Shown piece after piece: positions 56,930 through 64,000 of a stretch of 64,000 nt of DNA; position 1 is the first letter of the stretch, and the number at the start of each line of letters is the position of its first letter. The notes under the pieces were generated by a model, which was not told the DNA's origin, did not search any database, and saw only the letters and a list, made by a program, of their open reading frames with translations. Position numbers and translations under genes: made by a program. This DNA comes from the human T2T-CHM13v2.0 reference genome, Homo sapiens: assembly GCF_009914755.1 (NCBI RefSeq), contig NC_060944.1; one strand, written 5' to 3'.

Positions 56930-57700
56930 GAGCGAAGGACCCAGGGCGCCAGGCACCAGGCAGATGCCCCCAGAGCCGCCGCCCCCGGTCCTCCGGCCCC
57001 CGGTCTGCCCCGCAGCGCCTGCCCGGCCGCCCTGCCCAGCCACCCCTTGTACCTTGCTTCTTCCTTCGGTTCAGGGCGAGCATGTCCACGGCGTGGGCGA
57101 CGAGCAGGAGCAGGCAGAGTGGCGCCCGCATCTGGGCAGCCGGATCCGGGCTGGCGCTCCCCAGGCGGCCCGACGGCCCAAGGGCCCCACGTCCCGGCGG
57201 CGGCACGGCGGGCGCGGGGGCTGCTGTGGGCGCGCCGGGCGCATCCGCCAGGCGCGGGTCGGTCCGGCCGCCAGGTCTAGTGAGGGCGTTGGCGGAGCCG
57301 GGGCACTGCCCTGGCGGGGAGGAGCCGGCGCGGCGGGGGCGGCGCGTTAACCAGCTCGGGGCCCGGGAGCGCGCGCGGGGAGGGGGCGGGGGTCACCCGG
57401 GTCGGGGCCCTCGAGTTCGATCTGTCCCGCAGCCCGCGGTCTTGCGTCTTTCCCGCCCCCAGCACTGCCCCCGAGCACGTGCACGTGCCCACCGCCAGCC
57501 ACAGGTACGCACGCGCGCGCAGGTACAGATGCGCGGACACCCGGAGACCCGTACGGTCCCCCGCGCCCTCTCAGCGCCTGTGATTTTCTTTCCCTCCCCC
57601 CAGTCCCCTTTCTCTGTCTGTTCCTCCTTCTGGCCCTTAAGGACAACTCCTTGTCTCCTGCTTTCTCGGTCTTTCCGCGGCCCGCGCTCCCCTGCTCTGC
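56930..57700. promoter_or_regulatory. CpG island / RSPO4 promoter and exon 1
   Basis: Very GC-rich with dense CpG against a CpG-poor window. Contains GC boxes (ggggcgggg ~57383-57391) and tandem E-boxes (57476-57487). Confidence 0.92.
57053..57131 (-). CDS. RSPO4: R-spondin 4 coding exon 1 (79 nt): signal peptide MRAPLCLLLLVAHAVDMLALN plus basic RRKKQ
   Basis: ATG at 57131-57129, hydrophobic leader, donor CAAG|GTACAA (GT at 57052-57051), phase 1, inside the CpG island. Confidence 0.96.
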
Positions 57701-58484
57701 CCCCGACCCTGCCTGGCTGTTCCTGCATCCTTTACTCTTGCCGGCCGTCTCTCTCTCAGGCTCACTGTCTGTGTCCTCCTGGCTGGGCCTCTGGTTCTCC
57801 CTTTTCTCTGTCTCTCCCTTCAACCCCATCTCTCCCCTTCTCCCCTCCTGCAGGGTGGGGTGTTTGCGGGGCTCCTGCTGCCTGGCTTTCTCTTTTTCTC
57901 TCTACTCTGTCTCATTCTTTTAACAGAGGCCTGAGCCCCTTCTGGCCACTAACCCTGAATGTTTCCTGTGCAGTCTGCGGGGATCATCTACTCCGACTCA
58001 AAGTGACCAGCACCTCATAAATCCACTTGTGACAGGGCTGGGGACCTGGACTGTGTTTCCTCCAACCTTATCACCAGGACTGGGAGCAGCTGGTTCAAGT
58101 TTAACCCTTTCAGAGCAAAATTCCTCCTTCAACCCGACAGCATGCTCACCTCTCCTGTCACTATAACCACCAAAAACAACAACAATCATGCTAGCTATCA
58201 TTTGTGAGGCATATATGGTGGGCATTGCTAAGAACTTGACATATACTAGAGTCTTCAAAACAACCCAATGGTTTGGGTTTGTATTCTGAGTAATTCCACT
58301 TTTCTGGGGAGCAAAGGGAAGCTCAGAGAGGCCAAGTGACTTGCCCAAGGCCACACAGCAGGTCAGTGGCCATTCTGGTCCAGTGCCTGCCCCTCTTAGC
58401 CACTTCTCAGGCACAGACTCATCAGAATGGAAGAGGCCTTGGAGGGAGGCCTAGAGAAACTTACAGTTGACACTCTCTTGCTGA

Positions 58485-58811
<327 letters not shown>

Positions 58812-59149
58812 TGTCCTCTTTTTTCCTACATGTGGAGCTTGCTCCAAAAGAAATGGAAGGTAAATGCTGGTATCTCCTCCAGCTCCTTCTCCCAGTGCAA
58901 TGAGGGACACTTGAAGGCATGGCAGGGGCAGGGGAAACACACAGAGAGTGTGGCAGCTGAAGGTACAGCCCTGGCCTGGCCATTCTTTCTGTGGGGCCCC
59001 AAGAACGCTGGCAGACAACACGGAGAACTTGGTGGAATGTCAGAGACAGCCCACCCAAAGTGCTCCATTTCACAGATGAGGCCACTGAGGCTTCAGGACT
59101 GGGGGGTGCCTAGATTAGGCCACCCAGTGAGTCAAGGACTGAGCTGACA

Positions 59150-60230
59150 TGGGCATCCAGGTGTCCCATTGTGGTCATCACCATGGCCTGCAAGGACCTC
59201 TTGTTCTGATATCTCTGATCTCAGTCTTTCCCACTGCCCCACCCCTCTCTCTTTAGCCTTAGAGATTTCAGCCCTTGAATATTTCACAAACACCACAGGC
59301 CTCTCACACCTCTGAGCTTTTCATGTTGTGGGGCCTCTCCATGGAATACCATCCTATATCCTACCTCCTTCTTCACTGCCTCTGCTCCAGGAAGCCTTCC
59401 CTGATTCTCAGGCCAGGTCCAGTGCCTCCTCTGGGCATCCACAATCTCTTTATCACAGCTCTGATCACATCAGGTGGTAACAATGGATGTGTCTGTTCTC
59501 CTTCCAAACTGCCATCTCTTTCAAGCCAGAGCCAGACACACAGCGGTGCTCAGAATGTTTGCATAATGAGTGCATAAATAAATGAATGGTGAATGAATGA
59601 ATTCTCCAGATGCACAAGTCTCCCAGCCTGTACATGGAATGCAGGTACTTGGAGAAATGAGGTGACCCCAGAAGATCAAGCCTTAGGAAAGCGGACGTCA
59701 TTCCCTTCCCCACTACCCCCAGTACTGGAGTCTCCAAAGTCCAAAGGGGACAGCTTCCATGTGAGCAGGGCCAGAGAGGTCCAATGTGCATTGTGAATTG
59801 ACAGCCAGCCACACGGCTCTGCAGGATGAAGCTGCTTACCCCTTCTTGAATTTTTTCCCCTATTTATTCCCCACTGCCTCTGCTCTAGCTAGCCTCGTGT
59901 TTCTCAGACTCTTGTCACTCATCCTGCGGTTTTTGCTGTTCTCTCTGCCTGGAAAGTCTTTCCCCAGATTTGGGGCTTGTCTCCCCTCGATGTTGCCTCC
60001 TCAGAGAGGCCCCCTGTGACCACTCCAGTAAAACGGACCACCATGCACTTTATCCTCTTGTCTTGCTTTACCCTCCGTAGTACCTGTTCATGTCTGTCAG
60101 TTCCTGTTTGCTTGTTTGTGAGTTCCATGAGGACAGGAATCTTCTATTTTGTCCCTATGTGCCTTACACTGCAGTGATTAAGACATACTTGTGGAATGGA
60201 TTTTTTTAAAAAATGAGTGAATGAATAAGC
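59150..60230 (+). mobile_element. L2 3' fragments
   Basis: cctctgctccaggaagccttccctga; aatgaatggtgaatgaatgaa tails. Confidence 0.6.
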
Positions 60231-61328
60231 ACTCATTCATCCATAGATTCATTGTGGGACCTCAAGTACTTTCTGTTCTCTTAGGCTCAATTTCCCCAGT
60301 TGTTCAATGGCACAGATGGGATTTTGTGTTCTGTGAGAGCCCCTTTAGTGCTTCCAGAATTGGATATTTCTAGGGTTCTAAGGCCCAGAACTCAGGGCCC
60401 TTCATACCCCAAGATGCTCAGAGGGTGTTTGGTTCTCTAACTATGGGGGCTGTCTGGGCATCTTGGCCTGTTATCCAGTTCCCCTACCCCAATACAGGTG
60501 CCCAGGGAGGCTAGTGATGCTGATGGCATGCTCTGGCGGGGGGCGGGGAGGGGTGCACCCAAGGGTGTCAGTTAAGGCACCATTGTCACAAATAGATGAA
60601 GACAGGTATAATGGCTGAAACACACTAAGCTCACAGCATGTGTTCCTGATCAGCAGATCCTTCTCTGTGGGATAGCAGGAACTCAGATTCCTTTCAGCTT
60701 GTGTTCTGCCCTGTTCAGTACCTGGTTTAAAGCTCACCGAGAAGGGCAGGGCTTATGGGAAGTACAGAGCCTGTCTACCTATGTCCCATTGGCCAGAACT
60801 CAGACACACGGCCACACCTACCTGCAAGGGTGACTGGGAAATGTAGTCCAGCCATGTGCCAGACAACACACAGGAGGAAAAGCAAGAATTTGGTGAACAT
60901 CTGGCCCATTGACCAACGTTGGGCCACCCTCATTTCTTGCCCCAGTCATGCAGTAGCTCCTTCCTGTGTCTGCTCTGACCCCTACAAGCTCTTCTTAAGC
61001 AGCCAGAGGACATGTATTATTCATCGGGTGAAGACCAAATTTCTCCTCAGAGATGCAAGGGCTACGTGATGGCCCCTACTAGGGGGCCATCTGCTAGGGT
61101 GACCAGCTGTCTGGTTTGCCAGGGATTGAGGGGCTTCCTAGGATGCAACGTTGACCTGTGTGTAGCCTTGTATAATACAACCACAATCAAGATATTTAAA
61201 CATACTTAAACAAGATACTAAAACATCATCACAAGACTCCTTCATGGTATCCATTTATGGCTCCACCCTCCCTCTCCACTTCCAGTCCTAATCCCTAGCA
61301 ACCGCTAATCTGTTCTCCATCTCTGTAA

Positions 61329-61616
61329 TGTTTTATTTTTTGAGACAGGGTCTTGCTGTGTCACCCAGGCTGAAGTGCAGTGGCACGATCATGGCTCACT
61401 GCAGCCTTGACCTCCTGGGCTAAAGCTTCTCCTGCCTCAGCTGTGTAGCCTGGACTGCAGGTGCATGCCACCATGGCTGGCTAATTTTTTATTTTTTGCA
61501 GAGGTGAGGTTTCGCCATATTTCCCAGGCTGGTCTTGAACTCCTGGGCTCAAGTGATTCTTCCACCTCGGCTTCCCAAAGTGCTGGGATTATAGGTGTGA
61601 ATCACCACGCCTGGCC
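61329..61616 (-). mobile_element. AluJ-like inserted in an L1
   Basis: Dimer; ccatctct(g/a)taa TSD. Confidence 0.9.
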
Positions 61617-61619
61617 TCC

Positions 61620-63420
61620 CATCTCTATAACTGTTTTTACATAAATATTGTATAATGGAGTCATGCAGTATGCATCTTTTTGAGATTTGGCTTTCTTCAC
61701 TCAGCACAATTTGTTTGGAGATTCATTTTAGTTTTGCATGTATTAGTTATTTGCTTTTTACTGCTGAGTAGTATTCCACCGTATGAATGTAATATAGTTT
61801 GTTTAACCATTCACCCACTGAAGGACATTTGGGTATTTTCTAGTTTTTCATTATTAAGAATAAAGGTGCCATGCTCACTTGTGTATAGGTTTCTGTGTAT
61901 CCTCTTTGGTGAAATGTCTGTGCATATCTTTCACACATTTTAAATTGGATTTTTACATTACTATTGTGTTTTAAGAGTTCTATGTATATATTCTATATAG
62001 AAGTTCTTTGTTGGTTACGTGATTTGCAAAGTGTGAGGTTTATGTCAAGGTTCATTTTGTATTTTTGTTTATTTTTTATGTTTTTGTTTATTTTTGTTTA
62101 TGTTCGTTTTTAATTTTTGTTTATTTCGAGGTTCATTTTTTATTTTTCGTCTGCGGATGTCCAATTGCTCCAGTATGCTTTGATGTAAAAGCTTTATCAA
62201 AAATTAATTGGGCATATTGGCATGGATTTATTTTGGGGCTGTCTCCTGTATTCCATGGGCTATGTGTCTTTCTGTCTACCAATACTACACTGTACTGATT
62301 ACTGTAACTATATAATAAATCTTGAAATTGCGTAGATGGATCCTTCCCACTTTATTCTTCTTTTTCAAAATTATTTTAGCTATTCTAGTTCCTCTGCCTT
62401 TTCATATATATTTTAGAATAATCTTGTTTATATCTACCAAGAATCTTGCTGTGAGTTTGATTAGAATTGCATTAAACATGTATATGAATTTGGGAAGAAT
62501 TCACATCTTTACTATATTGAGTCTTTCAATCCAAAAACATAGTATGTCTCTCCATTTGTTTAGATCTTCTTTGACTTTTTTAAATAAATGTTTTGTCATT
62601 TTCAGCATACAACTCCTGTGCATGTTTTGTTAGATTTATACCTATTTCCTTTTTTCTCCCTTAGAAATTATACATGGTATTCTATTTTAAATTTTGCTGT
62701 CCGTGTGTTCATTGCTAGCAGATAGAAATACAACTGATGTTCGTGTGTTGATCTTGTATCCTAGCACCTTGCTGAACTCATATATTAGTTCTAGGAGTAT
62801 TTTTGTAGATTTTTTTGGGTTTTGCAACATTGACAATCATATCAACTGCAAATAGCGACAGTTTTCTTTCCTTCTGATCTTGTGCCTTTTGTTTCCTTTA
62901 CCTGCTTTATCAAACTTGCTAGAACTTCCAGCCATATGCCGAGTAAGTGTGATGAGCATAGACATCCTTGTTCTCAATCTTGCCTGGTTCCCAATCTTAG
63001 TGGGAAAGCATTCAGTCATTCACTATGACATTAGACTGTAGGACTTTTGTAGACACTCTATATCACCTTGAGGAAGATCCTCTCTATTGCTACTTTTCTG
63101 AGCATTTTTTAAAATTATGAATGGCTGTTGAATTTTGTCAAATGTTTTTCCTGCACATTGGTATAATCATTTAATGTTTATTCTTTAGTCTACTGATACG
63201 ATGTATTACATTGATTGATTTTTAAGTATAAAACCAACCTTTCTTCAATGGAATAAGCCCCACTTGGCCATGGTGTACCATTCTCCATTATATACTGCTG
63301 AATTCTACCTACTAATATTTTGCTGAGGATTTTTGTGTCTAAATCCATTAAGAATATTGGTCTATATTTCTCTTTTTTGTTCTGTCTTTGTCTGGTTTTG
63401 GTAGCAGGGTAATGCCAGCC
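61620..63420 (-). mobile_element. Degraded L1 (L1M) ORF2 / 3' region
   Basis: Minus-strand peptide KYRPIFLMDLDTKILSKILVGRIQQYI matches the L1 ORF2 RT motif ([25 protein letters not shown]); frameshifted. Confidence 0.9.
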
Positions 63421-63450
63421 CCAGTAGCACCAGAAGAACAAGGCTTACTA

Positions 63451-63879
<429 letters not shown>

Positions 63880-64000
63880 CTAAAGTATGAAATAAGACCT
63901 GAAGTTCCAACTGATGCTAATACTAAAATGACTCAGATGTTGAAATTGTCTGACAAGGATTTTAAAGCAGTCATCATAAAAATGCTTTGGCAAGGAATTA

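Noticed and set aside
57082-58020. 312-aa plus-strand ORF across the promoter
   Set aside because: GC-rich CpG island depleted of stop codons; low-complexity Arg/Gly/Pro content with no recognisable domain
62837-63441. Reverse-transcriptase-like peptides
   Set aside because: Frameshifted remnants of an old L1 ORF2, not an active element or a gene

Overview
Primate (very probably human) genomic DNA, dense in Alu, MIR, L2, L1 and LTR repeats. It holds one complete protein-coding gene on the minus strand, RSPO4 (R-spondin 4, a secreted Wnt potentiator; human locus 20p13 from prior knowledge). Five coding exons were reconstructed by hand with GT-AG junctions: 57131-57053, 23101-22913, 22277-22137, 19087-18902 and 15433-15324. 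Together they give 705 nt, or 234 aa: signal peptide, two furin-like domains, a TSR domain and a basic tail. The gene also has a CpG-island promoter (~56.9-57.7 kb), a ~34 kb intron 1 and a ~1.9 kb 3'UTR ending at an AATAAA (13438-13443). Almost all other ORFs in the track are repeat-derived or random. I cannot claim a new biological system. The most notable unexplained structures are: (1) a ~110-bp, ~94% identical non-TE inverted repeat bracketing the last splice acceptor and last coding exon, whose intronic arm carries two AATAAA hexamers; (2) a cryptic 28-bp-period array of TGTC(A) boxes in intron 1; (3) a diverged ~180-bp inverted duplication plus short direct duplications in the same 35-41 kb part of intron 1; (4) an out-of-frame upstream ORF overlapping a weak-context start codon. 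Repeat subfamily names and boundaries are by eye and approximate.
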